Part shown: one piece after another, positions 42,868 through 54,589 of the stretch | Layout: each line of letters opens with the position of its first letter | Position numbering within the stretch: the stretch's first letter is position 1 | Assembly: GCA_965199715.1 (NCBI GenBank) | Contig: OZ241322.1 | Span: 1,792,001-1,856,000 of the forward strand | Reading direction: 5' to 3' | Source of the DNA: Vicinamibacteria bacterium | GTDB lineage: Bacteria; Acidobacteriota; Vicinamibacteria; Marinacidobacterales; Marinacidobacteraceae | DNA: 64,000 bases | Notes under the pieces: model-generated | Seen by the model: the letters and a program-made list of their open reading frames with translations, nothing else | The model's database searches: none | Told to the model about the DNA's origin: nothing | Translations under genes and position numbers: made by a program

Positions 42868-44291
42868 CGGAGGACTCCGTGATCGCCGGCGCCGGGCGCG
42901 AAGCGCGGGGGCTGCTGTTCTCGCAGCGGACCCGGGTGCACTTCGTCGGGATCGGCGGCGTGGGCATGAGCGGGATCGCCGAAGTCCTCCTGAGCCTCGG
43001 CTACCGGGTCACCGGGTCCGACCTTCGGTTCGGGCCGACCGCGCACCGGCTCGCCGACCTCGGCGCGATCGTGTTCGAGGGCCACGATCGCAAGCACGTG
43101 GAACAGGCCGACGTGGTCGTCACGTCCTCGGCCATCGGCGCGGGGAACCCCGAGGTCTCGGCGGCCGCCGAGCTCCTGCTCCCGATCATCCCCCGCGCCG
43201 AGATGCTTGCGGAGCTGATGCGGATGAAATTCGCCATCGCGGTGGCGGGCTCCCACGGCAAGACGACGACCACGTCGATGACCGCGGCGCTCCTCGAGCA
43301 CGCCGGACTGGATCCCACGGTCGTGATCGGCGGCCGGGTCGCCCGGCTCGGCGGCGGCGTGCGCCTCGGCGAGTCGGACATCCTCGTGGCCGAGGCGGAC
43401 GAGTCGGACCGCACCTTCCTGCGGCTGCTGCCCGTCGTCGCCGCGATCACCGGGATCGACCGCGAGCACCTCGACGCCTACGCGGACATGGACGACTTGC
43501 GGGAGTCGTTCCTCGCATTCGCCAACAAGGTCCCGTTCTACGGCTGCGTCGTGCTCTCCGCCGACGACGAGGACCTGAGGACCCTGATCCCGCGGGTGCA
43601 GCGGCGCTTCGTGACCTACGGGCTCTCGCCGGACGCGGACATCTCCGCCGGCGAGATCGTCTCGGACGCGGACGGCGCCCGCTTCCAGTTGCGGATCCGG
43701 GGCGGGGCCGCCGGGCCGGTCTCGCTGTGCCGCCCCGGCCTCGTCGCGGTGCGCAACGCGCTCGCCGCGGCGGCCATCGGACTCCAGCTCGGGATTCCGG
43801 CGCGGTCGGTGCGGCGCGGCCTCGAGGCGTTCACCGGAGTCGATCGGCGCTTCGAGCTGCGCGCCCACGTGAACGGGATCCGGATCGTGGACGACTACGC
43901 GCACCATCCCAACGAGATCCGGGCCACGCTCGAGGCCGCGCGGGAGGCCTACGGCGCGCGCATCCTCGCCGTGTTCGAGCCGCACCGGTACAGCCGGGTC
44001 CGGGATCTGGCCGACGACTTCGCCGGAGCCTTCGGCGACGCGGACGCGGTGGTCGTGACCGAGGTGCACGCCGCGGGCGAATCCCCGATCCCCGGCGTCA
44101 GCGGCGCGGCGCTCGCGGAATCCATCCGCAAGGCCGGCCACCCCGACGCGCGGCACTTCCGGACCCACGGGGAGATCGCGGAGCACCTCGCGTCGCGCGC
44201 GCGTTCCGGCGACGTGGTGCTCACGCTCGGGGCCGGGAACGTCACCCGGCTCCCCGACCTCCTCAAGGAGAAGCTCGGTGCCCCGGCGTAG
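42864..44291 (+). CDS. murC: UDP-MurNAc-L-alanine ligase
   Basis: HFVGIGGVGMSG, GSHGKTTT, EADESD, DDYAHHP. Confidence 0.97.
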   Translation: MTEDSVIAGAGREARGLLFSQRTRVHFVGIGGVGMSGIAEVLLSLGYRVTGSDLRFGPTAHRLADLGAIVFEGHDRKHVEQADVVVTSSAIGAGNPEVSAAAELLLPIIPRAEMLAELMRMKFAIAVAGSHGKTTTTSMTAALLEHAGLDPTVVIGGRVARLGGGVRLGESDILVAEADESDRTFLRLLPVVAAITGIDREHLDAYADMDDLRESFLAFANKVPFYGCVVLSADDEDLRTLIPRVQRRFVTYGLSPDADISAGEIVSDADGARFQLRIRGGAAGPVSLCRPGLVAVRNALAAAAIGLQLGIPARSVRRGLEAFTGVDRRFELRAHVNGIRIVDDYAHHPNEIRATLEAAREAYGARILAVFEPHRYSRVRDLADDFAGAFGDADAVVVTEVHAAGESPIPGVSGAALAESIRKAGHPDARHFRTHGEIAEHLASRARSGDVVLTLGAGNVTRLPDLLKEKLGAPA

Positions 44292-45078
44292 GCGCGCGCA
44301 CCTGCTCCGCCCGCCGGCGCGCGGCCCGGTCGCCGGAACGGCGCTGGTCGTGGCCGCCAGCTTGCCGATCGTGTTCGCCGCCGCCCTCGTCTCGACCCGC
44401 GTCCTGGCCGGGACGGGATCGCCGCGGCTCGACGTCGCCGGGGCGGGCCACGTCGCCCGGTTCGCGGCGGAGACCGGCCTGTTCCGGGACCCGACCCCCG
44501 CAGTGGGGGAGATCGTGAAGCGGCTCGGGTCCACCGGGTTCACCGAGGAGCTGCGGGCGCGCCGGCCGCTGTTCGGGCCCGCCGAGATCGTCGCGGTCGA
44601 GAAGTCCGCGGTCGCGTTGCTCCCCGCCTCGCCGCCGCTCGCGATGGCCGCCGACGGCACGCTTCTCGGTCCGGCGTCCGTGGAGGATGCGGCCCGCTCC
44701 GGCGTTCTCGATTTCCCGGTCGTCCAATGCGGCGAGCCGCTCGCCCCCGGATTTCCCGCCTGCCTCGAGCTCGCGGGGAGCCTCGCCGCGACCCTGCTGG
44801 AGCGTCCCGATCTGGACCGGTTCGTCTCGGAACTGGACGGAACCGGGGGCGGCCTCCGGATCGTCGTCACGCTGCGGCCCTGGCCGGTGCGGGTCGTGCT
44901 CACTTCGGAGCGCTTCCACGACGGCCTCGCCGCCGCCGTCACCCATCTTCCCGATCTGCTGTCGCGCTGGCCCGACCTCGCCGAAGTGGACGCGCGCATC
45001 GACGATCGGCTGCTGTTGCGGTTGCTGCCGGAACCGCCCGAACCCGCGTTCCCGACCGGAGGAGAAATCGCCTCGTGA
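44278..45078 (+). CDS. ftsQ: Divergent FtsQ-like protein
   Basis: One N-terminal TM helix; position between murC and ftsA; C-terminal EVDARIDDRL resembles the FtsQ D-x-R motif. Confidence 0.55.
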   Translation: MPRRRRAHLLRPPARGPVAGTALVVAASLPIVFAAALVSTRVLAGTGSPRLDVAGAGHVARFAAETGLFRDPTPAVGEIVKRLGSTGFTEELRARRPLFGPAEIVAVEKSAVALLPASPPLAMAADGTLLGPASVEDAARSGVLDFPVVQCGEPLAPGFPACLELAGSLAATLLERPDLDRFVSELDGTGGGLRIVVTLRPWPVRVVLTSERFHDGLAAAVTHLPDLLSRWPDLAEVDARIDDRLLLRLLPEPPEPAFPTGGEIAS

Positions 45079-46334
45079 CGCTCAACAACTGGCACTGTGG
45101 TCTCGACATCGGAAGCACGAGCGTGCGCGCCGTCCTCGCCCGATCCCCCGAGGGGGAGCCGAAGGACTCGGCCCGGCTCGAGGTGCTCGCCGTGGGACAG
45201 GCCGACGCCGAGGGCGTCCACAAGGGCGAGGTCGTCCAGCCGGAGGTCGCGACCGCCTCGGTGCGCCGCGCGATCGAGGAACTGGAGCAGGCCGCCGGAA
45301 CCGAGATCGGCGAGGCGTGGGTCAGCGTCAGCACCCGGAACCGCCGCAGCATCAACTCCTCCGGCGAGATCCAGGTGCCCTCGGGCCTCATCACCCGCCG
45401 CGACGTGAAGCGCGCCGTCCGGAGCGCCGTTCCCCAGCCCGGGCAGCGCGCCTGGCTGCGGCCGCCCTTCGAGATCCTCCACGCCCTGCCGCAGGAGTTC
45501 TGGGTGGACGATCTCGACCCCACCCAGGATCCGACCGATTGGAACGGCCACCGGGTCCAGTCCTTCGTACATCTCGTCTCCTGTCCTCGGGAGTCGCTGC
45601 GGCGGATCGAGAAGGCGGTGAATCTGGCGGGCGTGCAGGTGCGCGGCATGCTCATCTCCACCTTCGCCACCGCCGCGGGGGTATTCGGTCCCGACGACGA
45701 CGAGGACGAATTCCTCCTGATCGACATCGGGGCGGAGAACACCGGCCTCGCCTTGTACCGCAACGGCGCCGTGTGGTGGTCCGGAGTCATGCCCACCGGC
45801 GGCCGCCAGTACAGCCGCGACGTGGCGCTCGGCTTCCAGGCGCCGATCGCCTCCGCCGAGGACGCCAAGCGCCAGTTCGGACATGCGCTCTTCGGCGCGA
45901 TCCCCGAGGGGGACACGCTCGAGCTCTCGGTCGCCGGCGCCCGCCAGCCGGTCGTCGTCGGGCGGCGGCGGCTCGCCCAGGTCCTTCAGGCGCGGGCCGA
46001 GCAGGACATGACCATTCTTCGCGACAGGCTCCAGAAGTGGCTGGAGCACATGCCGCCGCGCATCGTGCTCTCCGGCGGCGGCGCCAATCTGGGCGCCCTG
46101 GACGAGGTCGTCCGGCTCGTCTTCGGCGCCGCCGTGGAGCGCCGCGGTCCGCGCAATCTGACCGGATTGGTGGATCGCGTGGCCCACCCCGAGTTCGCCG
46201 GCGCGTTCGGCCTGTGCCGCCACGCCGCGAAGCAGCCCCGTCCGGCGCGGGCGAGCGGAGGAGTGGTTCCCCGTCTCGCCCGCGCCGTGGGCCACGAATT
46301 CCGCCGACTCACCCGCTGGAGGAAGCGAGCGTGA
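45075..46334 (+). CDS. ftsA: Cell division protein FtsA
   Basis: GLDIGST, LIDIG, AE..KR..G, LSGGGANL. Confidence 0.93.
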   Translation: MTLNNWHCGLDIGSTSVRAVLARSPEGEPKDSARLEVLAVGQADAEGVHKGEVVQPEVATASVRRAIEELEQAAGTEIGEAWVSVSTRNRRSINSSGEIQVPSGLITRRDVKRAVRSAVPQPGQRAWLRPPFEILHALPQEFWVDDLDPTQDPTDWNGHRVQSFVHLVSCPRESLRRIEKAVNLAGVQVRGMLISTFATAAGVFGPDDDEDEFLLIDIGAENTGLALYRNGAVWWSGVMPTGGRQYSRDVALGFQAPIASAEDAKRQFGHALFGAIPEGDTLELSVAGARQPVVVGRRRLAQVLQARAEQDMTILRDRLQKWLEHMPPRIVLSGGGANLGALDEVVRLVFGAAVERRGPRNLTGLVDRVAHPEFAGAFGLCRHAAKQPRPARASGGVVPRLARAVGHEFRRLTRWRKRA

Positions 46335-46409
46335 GCCCTCGTTCCCCCACCTCTTTCGGTCGGTCGCAGACTCGTCCCCGGCCGCGCCCCACGCCCCCAG
46401 GAGACCGCC

Positions 46410-47657
46410 ATGATCCGTTTCGCCGATGAGCCCACGCCGGGCGCCCCCGAAACCGTCGAACCCCCGCCCGAGGCCGCTCCGAGGCGACCTGCGCCCAACC
46501 GGGGCCCCGTCAAGGCGGTCATCAAGGTGATCGGCGTGGGCGGCGGCGGCGGCAACTCGGTCAACCGGATGATCGAGGCCGGAGTCAGCGGCGTGGAGTT
46601 CCTCGTCGCGAACACCGACGCGCAGGCGCTGGAGCTCTCCCAGGCCCCGGTCAAGCTGCAGATCGGCGTCGAGACGACCGGCGGCCTCGGCTGCGGCGGC
46701 GATCCCGAGGTCGGGCGGCAGTCCGCCCGGGAGGACATGGACAAGCTGCTGGACGCGCTCGAGGGCGCGGACATGGTGTTCGTGACGCTCGGGGCCGGCG
46801 GCGGAACCGGCACCGGCGCGGGTCCGGTCGTGGCCTGCGCGGCGCGGGAACTCGGGGCGCTGTGCGTCGCCGTCGTGACTCGGCCGCTCACGCTCGAGGG
46901 CCGCCGCCGCATCGAGGCCGCCGACGAGGGGCTGCGCGAGCTCCGCGAGTACGTGGACACGCTCATCTGCGTCCCGAACGACCGGGTGAGCGAGGTGTAC
47001 GGAGATCTGCGCGTGCTCGAGGCCTTCCGCGCCGCGGACGACGTGCTGCGTCAGGCGGTGCAGGGAATCTCCGACCCCATCCAGACCGCCGGGCTCATCA
47101 ACATCGACTTCGCCGACGTGCGCTCGGCGCTCAAGGCGCGCGGCGACGCGGTCATGGGAATCGGCGTGGCGTCGGGCGAGGATCGGGTGAGGAAGGCGAC
47201 CGAGGCGGCCATTTCCTCGCCGCTTCTGGAGGACACCTCCATCCAGGGCGCGAGCAGCATCCTCATCAACGTGTCCGGCGGCGAGTCGATGTCGCTCACC
47301 GAGATGACCAAGGCCATGGAGATCGTGCGCGACGCGGTGGAGTCGGAGAACGCGTCCGACCAGGCGTCCGACAACATCCTGCTCGGGGTCTCCGTGGACT
47401 CGGAACTTGACGAGGGCGACGACGGCGGCCGGATCAAGGTCACGGTGGTGGCCACCGGTTTCCCCGACCGCAGCCGCGCCGCGGCCACGCCCCAGAAGAT
47501 CGGTGTCTGGGGGACGCCGCCGACCACCGCTCAGGACGAGTCGCCGCGACGGCGGGAAGCGCCTCCCGCGGAGGAGCCCGCCGCTCGGATCGAGGAAGCG
47601 GACGACGGTTGGGGCGACCTCGCCACGCCGCCGCTCCTGCGCAAGACCCGCTTCTGA
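46410..47657 (+). CDS. ftsZ: Cell division protein FtsZ
   Basis: GVGGGGGN, NTDAQAL, GGGTGTG, INIDFADV, C-terminal peptide. Confidence 0.98.
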   Translation: MIRFADEPTPGAPETVEPPPEAAPRRPAPNRGPVKAVIKVIGVGGGGGNSVNRMIEAGVSGVEFLVANTDAQALELSQAPVKLQIGVETTGGLGCGGDPEVGRQSAREDMDKLLDALEGADMVFVTLGAGGGTGTGAGPVVACAARELGALCVAVVTRPLTLEGRRRIEAADEGLRELREYVDTLICVPNDRVSEVYGDLRVLEAFRAADDVLRQAVQGISDPIQTAGLINIDFADVRSALKARGDAVMGIGVASGEDRVRKATEAAISSPLLEDTSIQGASSILINVSGGESMSLTEMTKAMEIVRDAVESENASDQASDNILLGVSVDSELDEGDDGGRIKVTVVATGFPDRSRAAATPQKIGVWGTPPTTAQDESPRRREAPPAEEPAARIEEADDGWGDLATPPLLRKTRF

Positions 47658-47665
47658 GCCGGCCC

Positions 47666-48460
47666 TTGAGTCGGCGCCTGACTCGGCCCGACGCACCGCC
47701 GGGATTCTCGTTCCGGCGCCTCGCGGGCGGGCTCGAGGTCCTCGCCGCGTCCGCGCTGCGCGCGCCGCACGCCTTCACGCTCGCTGGCGGGTTCGGACGC
47801 CGGGACCGCGCCGAGAGCGACCTCCGGACGCTTCGGGAGGGACTCGGCGTTGCGGTGGTGCGCCATTTTCGTCAGGTGCATGGCGTCTCGGTGCGCGTCC
47901 TTCCCGGCGGGGGCGACGCGCCGGCGGACGGCGCGGTGCTCGCCGAGCCGGGAGAAGCGGTCGCGGTGAAGACGGCGGACTGCGTCCCGATCCTGATCCA
48001 CGCTCCGGCGTCCGGCTTCGTGGCGGTCGCCCACGCCGGGTGGCGGGGAACCGTCGCCGGGGTCGCCGGCGCCGCGGTCCGGACGCTCGCCGCCGCTTCG
48101 GGCGAGGCTCCCGCCGCAATGGTCGCCGCGACCGGCCCGGCGATCGGCCCGTGCTGCTTCGAGGTCGGGCCCGAGGTTCCGGACGCCTTCCGGAGGGCGG
48201 GCCGCCCCGTCCCCGAAGCCGGGCGCAACGAACGGAGCGGACGGCCCCATCTGGATCTTCCCGGGGCCAACCGGGCCCAGCTCGAGGAAACGGGGCTCGA
48301 CGGGGCGAACGTGCGGGTCGCGACGCTGTGCACCCGCTGCGGGCCCGGCTTCCATTCCTACCGGCGCGACGGCGCCGGCTGCGGGCGGAACTGGTCGGTG
48401 ATCGCGAACCCGGGGCCGGCTCAGGCCACGAGCCGCGCCGCGCGGTCCGCCTGGTCCTGA
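47666..48460 (+). CDS. pgeF: Peptidoglycan editing factor/purine nucleoside phosphorylase (YfiH family)
   Basis: QVHG, TADCVP, HAGWRG, GPAIGPCCFEVG, FHSYRR; start TTG 47666 or CTG 47654. Confidence 0.9.
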   Translation: MSRRLTRPDAPPGFSFRRLAGGLEVLAASALRAPHAFTLAGGFGRRDRAESDLRTLREGLGVAVVRHFRQVHGVSVRVLPGGGDAPADGAVLAEPGEAVAVKTADCVPILIHAPASGFVAVAHAGWRGTVAGVAGAAVRTLAAASGEAPAAMVAATGPAIGPCCFEVGPEVPDAFRRAGRPVPEAGRNERSGRPHLDLPGANRAQLEETGLDGANVRVATLCTRCGPGFHSYRRDGAGCGRNWSVIANPGPAQATSRAARSAWS

Positions 48461-50085
48461 AGCAGGCTGTCCTTCATCCCGTTGTCGAGGAAGCTCCACG
48501 GGAGCAGTTCGTCCCGGCCGCGCTCCCGCCCGATATAGAAGTCGAGGTCGAGCCCCGCGCCCGATGTCGCCGCCTTGAGCCGCCGGCCCTCGGCGAGCGC
48601 GAGCAGGACCGGCGCGAGCCGCCGGTCGCCCGCGGCGAGGAGCGCCTGCAGCCGCTCCATGCGGGGCGACTTGCAGTGCGCCTCGACCCCGGGGATCCGC
48701 CCAAGCTCGCGCTGGAGAAACCGCATGCGCCGCTGCAGGATCGGGAGCGGGGCCATCGGGCGCCACTGGAACGGGGTGCCCGGCTTCGGGACGAATGGGT
48801 TCACGCTGGCGATCGCCCGCCCGCCCCGCCCGCGCTCGGCGATCAGATCGCGGATGCTGCGGACCAGCGGGACGATCCCCGCCACGTCCTCCTCGGTCTC
48901 GCCGGGCAGCCCCACCATGAGGTAGAGCTTCAGGTGCACCGTGCCCGAATCGAGCAGGATCCCCACCTTCTCGAGAATCTCGTGGTTGCGGACGCGCTTG
49001 TGGATCGCGATCCGAAGCCGGTCGGTGCCCACTTCGGGAGCGATGGCGAGGGTCCGCTCGCCGCTCTCGGCGAGCGGACGCACGAACTCGTCCCGGATGT
49101 CCTCGAAGCGGACCGAGGAGACGCTGATTCGGAATCCGTAGTCGCGCAGCGCGGCCACGAGCGGGCCGATCTCCCGGTGGGCGCCCACCGCGGTCGAGAC
49201 CAGCCCGATCCGGTCGGTGTGGGGCCGCGCCGCCCGCGCCAGCGCGAGCAGCCGCTCCAGCTCGAACGACCGCTTGGGAAGGTAGTTGTATCCGGCCCAG
49301 CAGAACCGGCACAGCGTCGGGCAGCCTCGGGAGACCTCCACGAGGAACTTGTCCGACATCTCGGTGTCCTTCGTGAGAATGAAGGTTGCCGGAGGGGGGA
49401 AGCGGGCGTCCTTGCCCATCTTGGCCCGCACCACCGTCGGCGCGTCGCGGGCGGTCCGCCGGCGCACCCGCCCGGCGTCGTCATACTCGACCTCGTGCGT
49501 CGCCGGAACGTAGAAGCCGGGCTCCCGGGCGAGTCCGGCGAGCCGCTCCCGCCGGCCGCTCCGGCCCAAATGATCCGTCAGCGTCGGAAGGAGCGCCTCG
49601 GCCTCGCCGATCGCGAACACGTCCACGAACTCCGCCAGCGGCTCCGGGTTCAGGAACGTGATCGGACCCCCGGCGACGACCAGCGGATCCCGGTCGGACC
49701 GGTCGCGGGCGAGGGGCGGGATTCCGGCGAGCTGGAGCATGCGCACGAGGTTGACGGCGTCGGGCTCGAAGGTGATCGAGAACGCCACCGCGTCGGCGCT
49801 GCGGACCGGGGCGCCGGTCTCGAGCGTCCGCAGCGGCAGTCCGGTGCGCCGGTATTCGGCGAGCTCCACCCGGTCCGGGAGGAAGAACCGCTCGCTCACG
49901 ACGTCCGGCAGGCTCGACCAGAACCGATGCACCGCCTGGAAGCCCACGTTGGACATCCCGAGCGCGTACCGGTTTGGATAGCCGACCGCGATCCGGAGGC
50001 CGCCGGTCAGCGGCGGACCGCCGCCGTCGATCACGGTTTCGCCGGAAAGGCGCCGGTGGGCGCGCCGGGCGAGGAGCCGACTCAT
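48421..50085 (-). CDS. Uncharacterised radical SAM protein
   Basis: YPNRYALGMSN.G, GGP..NPEP, RGCPTLCRFC (CxxxCxxC), KLYLMVGLPGE, FVPKP.TPFQW. Confidence 0.85.
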   Translation of the reverse strand: MSRLLARRAHRRLSGETVIDGGGPPLTGGLRIAVGYPNRYALGMSNVGFQAVHRFWSSLPDVVSERFFLPDRVELAEYRRTGLPLRTLETGAPVRSADAVAFSITFEPDAVNLVRMLQLAGIPPLARDRSDRDPLVVAGGPITFLNPEPLAEFVDVFAIGEAEALLPTLTDHLGRSGRRERLAGLAREPGFYVPATHEVEYDDAGRVRRRTARDAPTVVRAKMGKDARFPPPATFILTKDTEMSDKFLVEVSRGCPTLCRFCWAGYNYLPKRSFELERLLALARAARPHTDRIGLVSTAVGAHREIGPLVAALRDYGFRISVSSVRFEDIRDEFVRPLAESGERTLAIAPEVGTDRLRIAIHKRVRNHEILEKVGILLDSGTVHLKLYLMVGLPGETEEDVAGIVPLVRSIRDLIAERGRGGRAIASVNPFVPKPGTPFQWRPMAPLPILQRRMRFLQRELGRIPGVEAHCKSPRMERLQALLAAGDRRLAPVLLALAEGRRLKAATSGAGLDLDFYIGRERGRDELLPWSFLDNGMKDSLLQDQADRAARLVA

Positions 50086-50792
50086 TCGGGGGCTTCGAAG
50101 TAGAGGATGCGCCCGCACGACTCGCAGTTGAGGACCGTCTGGCCGACGCGCACCTCCTCGTACATCTGCGGGCGCAGCGCGACGTTGCAGGCGACGCAGC
50201 GGCTCTCGCGCACCCGGGCCACGGCGAGCCCGTGCCGCGCCCGGCGGATGCGCTCGTACTGGGCCATAAGCGCGTCGGGAACCCCGGCCCCGGCGCGTGT
50301 GCGCTCCTCGATCAGCCGCCGGCGCTCCTGCTTCCGCTCCTCGGCTTCCTTGCGCAGGCGGTCCTTCCGGGCCTCCAGGCGGGTCTCCGCCTCCCCGAAC
50401 TCCTTCTTCGCCTCGACGAGCGCCGCGTCGAGCTCGTCCCCCTCGTCCATGAGGTTGATGATGCGCTCCTCGACGTCGCCGATCTTGTCCTTGCCGGCGT
50501 CGATCTGCTTCAGAAGGCCGGTGTACTCGAGGTTCGAGCTGGCGGTGAGCAACTGCCCCTGGAATTTCTGCACATGACTCTCGGCGTCCTGCAGCTCGCC
50601 CTCCGCCCGGCGGCGCGCGCGCCCGTTCTCATCGACCGCGTCCGTCGCCGCCTTCCGCCGGGCGCGGGCCGCGTCGATCTCGGCGTCCACGGCGGCGAGC
50701 TCCGCCGGGGTGCTCGCGAGGCGCTCGTCCACCCCGCGAACCGCCATGTCCAGAAGCTGCACCTCCTTGAGAGCGCGCAGCTCGGACAGCAT
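50082..50792 (-). CDS. Coiled-coil protein with C4 zinc ribbon (DUF164/zf-RING_7-like)
   Basis: Long coiled coil then CVAC..CESCGRIL; usual neighbour of dnaG-rpoD. Confidence 0.85.
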   Translation of the reverse strand: MLSELRALKEVQLLDMAVRGVDERLASTPAELAAVDAEIDAARARRKAATDAVDENGRARRRAEGELQDAESHVQKFQGQLLTASSNLEYTGLLKQIDAGKDKIGDVEERIINLMDEGDELDAALVEAKKEFGEAETRLEARKDRLRKEAEERKQERRRLIEERTRAGAGVPDALMAQYERIRRARHGLAVARVRESRCVACNVALRPQMYEEVRVGQTVLNCESCGRILYFEAPE

Positions 50793-50821
50793 CGTTCAGC
50801 TTCGGGCGAATTTGCCCGGTG

Positions 50822-50894
50822 TGGGCCCACCAGGATTTGAACCTGGGACCAACCGGTTATGAGCCGGCCGCTCTGACCGCTGAGCTATGGGCCC
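50822..50894 (-). tRNA. tRNA with CAT anticodon, probably tRNA-Ile2 (lysidine)
   Basis: GGGCCCA/TGGGCCC; GCCGG-CTCATAA-CCGGT; paired G1-C72 so not initiator; typical location after rpoD. Confidence 0.88.
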
Positions 50895-50917
50895 CCGGTT
50901 CCGGAAAGCGGGCACGG

Positions 50918-52660
<1,743 letters not shown>

Positions 52661-52756
52661 CCTCTACCCGTGATCCTCACTGGAGCTTCGACGGCTGACG
52701 CGCCCGGCGCGACGCGGCGATTCGGCGTGGCGGCTGCGCGAGAAAGGCAAACCGAA

Positions 52757-52766
52757 ATTATTAGCA
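52757..52766 (-). promoter_or_regulatory. Putative -10 region upstream of rpoD
   Basis: TGCTAATAAT on the minus strand in the dnaG-rpoD spacer. Confidence 0.45.
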
Positions 52767-52778
52767 CGGCGCGACGGT

Positions 52779-54563
52779 TCACGGGTCCTTCCGCCGGCGC
52801 AGCCGGTCGAGCCGCCGGTTCAGCGCTTGCGCCCGGACGAGGTCGGCGCCCGCCTCGCGACGCGCCCGCTCGACGCTCTCGATGAGCAGGGCGCGCAGGC
52901 AGTCGGCGGGCCGCTGCTGGCTGGTGTTGAGCGGCACCGTCTCGCTCCGGACCGCCCGGAGCAGCCGCTCCTCCCCGGGGCTGCGCGCTTCCGGGTCGCC
53001 CAGCAGGTCGGTCGCGGTTCCCGCGCCGGCGTCGGCCGCCCGCTTCATCGCGATCAGGATTCCGCTCGAGGCGAACCCCTCGAGGTCCCGGGCGTCGGTC
53101 CGGCGCAGCAGCGCGGCCACTTCGCCCGGACGCTCGGAGGTCCAGCGGACGAAGTCGCGTTCCCCCACGGTGAGGGCCGGTCGGCGGCGCGCTGGCGTGG
53201 GCGCCGGCGCTTCTTCCTCGACCGGCTCGAGCCCCTCCCACGGGTTCTCGTCGGGGCCGCCCCCGGGGCCCGGCGGGGACGGTTTCGCCGGGGCCGGCCG
53301 CCGGGCGAGGATGCGGGCCATCTCCTCCTTCGCGGCGCCGGCGGAGAAGCCGGTCGCGCGCGCCGCCTCCTCGAGCCACGCCTCGCGTTCGAGGGCGGAG
53401 GGCCAGAAGGCGAGGATCTCGAGCACCTCGCGGAAGCGGCCGGCCCGGTCGAGCCCCTCGCCCCCCTCGGGGCGGGCCGTCAGGAAGCGGACGAAGTCCG
53501 GAGCCTCGGCGATCGCCCGGCGGAACGCGGCGGCGCCCCGGGCGCGGACGAAGTCGTCGGGATCGAGGCCGTCGCCGAGCGAGACGACGCGCACCCGCAG
53601 CTCGCGGGCGAGCAGGATCCTCAGGCTCTTGACGGCGGCTTTCTGGCCGCTCGCGTCGGCGTCGAAACAGACGACGACCTCCCGGGCGCACGCCTTCAGG
53701 AGCGCCGCCTGCTCGTCGGTGAAGGCGGTGCCGCAGACCGCGACGGCCTGCGGGATCCCGGCCCGCCACGCCGCCACGCAGTCGAAGTACCCCTCGAGGA
53801 GCACCGCCGAGCGCTCGGCCCGCATGGCGCGCCGGGCGCGGTGCATCCCGTAGAGGACCGACTTCTTGTGGTAGATCGGGCTGTCGGGGCTGTTGACGTA
53901 CTTGGGCTCGCCGCCGTCGAGGCTCCGCCCGGCGAAGCCGACCACGAGCCCCGAGGAGTCGTGGATCGGGATCATCAGCCGGTTTCGGAAGAACGGGTAG
54001 TACTGCCCGTTCGACTCCCGGGACTCGGCCACGAGCCCCGCCTCGAGGAGCGCCTCGAGCGGCGAGCCGCGCGCCCGCAGCGTCGCGGCGAGCCCCGAGC
54101 GGGGGGCGAACCCGAATCCGTACTCGCCGAAGTCCCCGGCGGCGATCCCGCGCTTGTCGAGGTAGTCGCGGGCCCGCTTCCCGCCGGGCGCCCGCAGCGC
54201 GCCGCCGTAGTAGTCCGAAGCGGCCCGGATCGCCTTCCGGACCGCCTCGCGGCGGGCCTCCGCCTGCGGGTTCCGCTGCGGGATCGGAATCCCGGCGCGG
54301 CGGGCGAGCCCGTGGAGCGCCTCGACGAACGGGACGCCCTCCAGCTCCTGCAGAAACTGGAACGCGTCCCCGCCGGCGCCGCAGCCGAAGCAGTGGTAGC
54401 GCTGGCGGTCCTCGTCCACCTGGAACGACGGCGTCTTCTCCCGGTGGAACGGGCACAGCCCCTTGTGCACCCCGCCGCGCCCGCTTCGCAGGCCCACGCG
54501 CTCGCCGACGATCTCGACGATGTTGGTCGCCCGGCGGACCTGCTCCCGGAAGCCTGAGTCCAT
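52779..54563 (-). CDS. dnaG: DNA primase
   Basis: CPFH.EKTPSF..CFGC, FRNRLMIPI, PKYVNSP, EGYFD, FDAD..G, DPD. Confidence 0.97.
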   Translation of the reverse strand: MDSGFREQVRRATNIVEIVGERVGLRSGRGGVHKGLCPFHREKTPSFQVDEDRQRYHCFGCGAGGDAFQFLQELEGVPFVEALHGLARRAGIPIPQRNPQAEARREAVRKAIRAASDYYGGALRAPGGKRARDYLDKRGIAAGDFGEYGFGFAPRSGLAATLRARGSPLEALLEAGLVAESRESNGQYYPFFRNRLMIPIHDSSGLVVGFAGRSLDGGEPKYVNSPDSPIYHKKSVLYGMHRARRAMRAERSAVLLEGYFDCVAAWRAGIPQAVAVCGTAFTDEQAALLKACAREVVVCFDADASGQKAAVKSLRILLARELRVRVVSLGDGLDPDDFVRARGAAAFRRAIAEAPDFVRFLTARPEGGEGLDRAGRFREVLEILAFWPSALEREAWLEEAARATGFSAGAAKEEMARILARRPAPAKPSPPGPGGGPDENPWEGLEPVEEEAPAPTPARRRPALTVGERDFVRWTSERPGEVAALLRRTDARDLEGFASSGILIAMKRAADAGAGTATDLLGDPEARSPGEERLLRAVRSETVPLNTSQQRPADCLRALLIESVERARREAGADLVRAQALNRRLDRLRRRKDP

Positions 54564-54589
54564 CCGGCCAGCATAATCCGCTCCCTTCC

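Noticed and set aside
42486-47696. 1736 aa antisense ORF over murC-ftsZ
   Set aside because: Mirror frame of real dcw genes
50822-50894. tRNA as an integration site or initiator tRNA
   Set aside because: No integrase or duplicated 3' end seen; lacks initiator features (unpaired 1-72, three G-C pairs in the anticodon stem)
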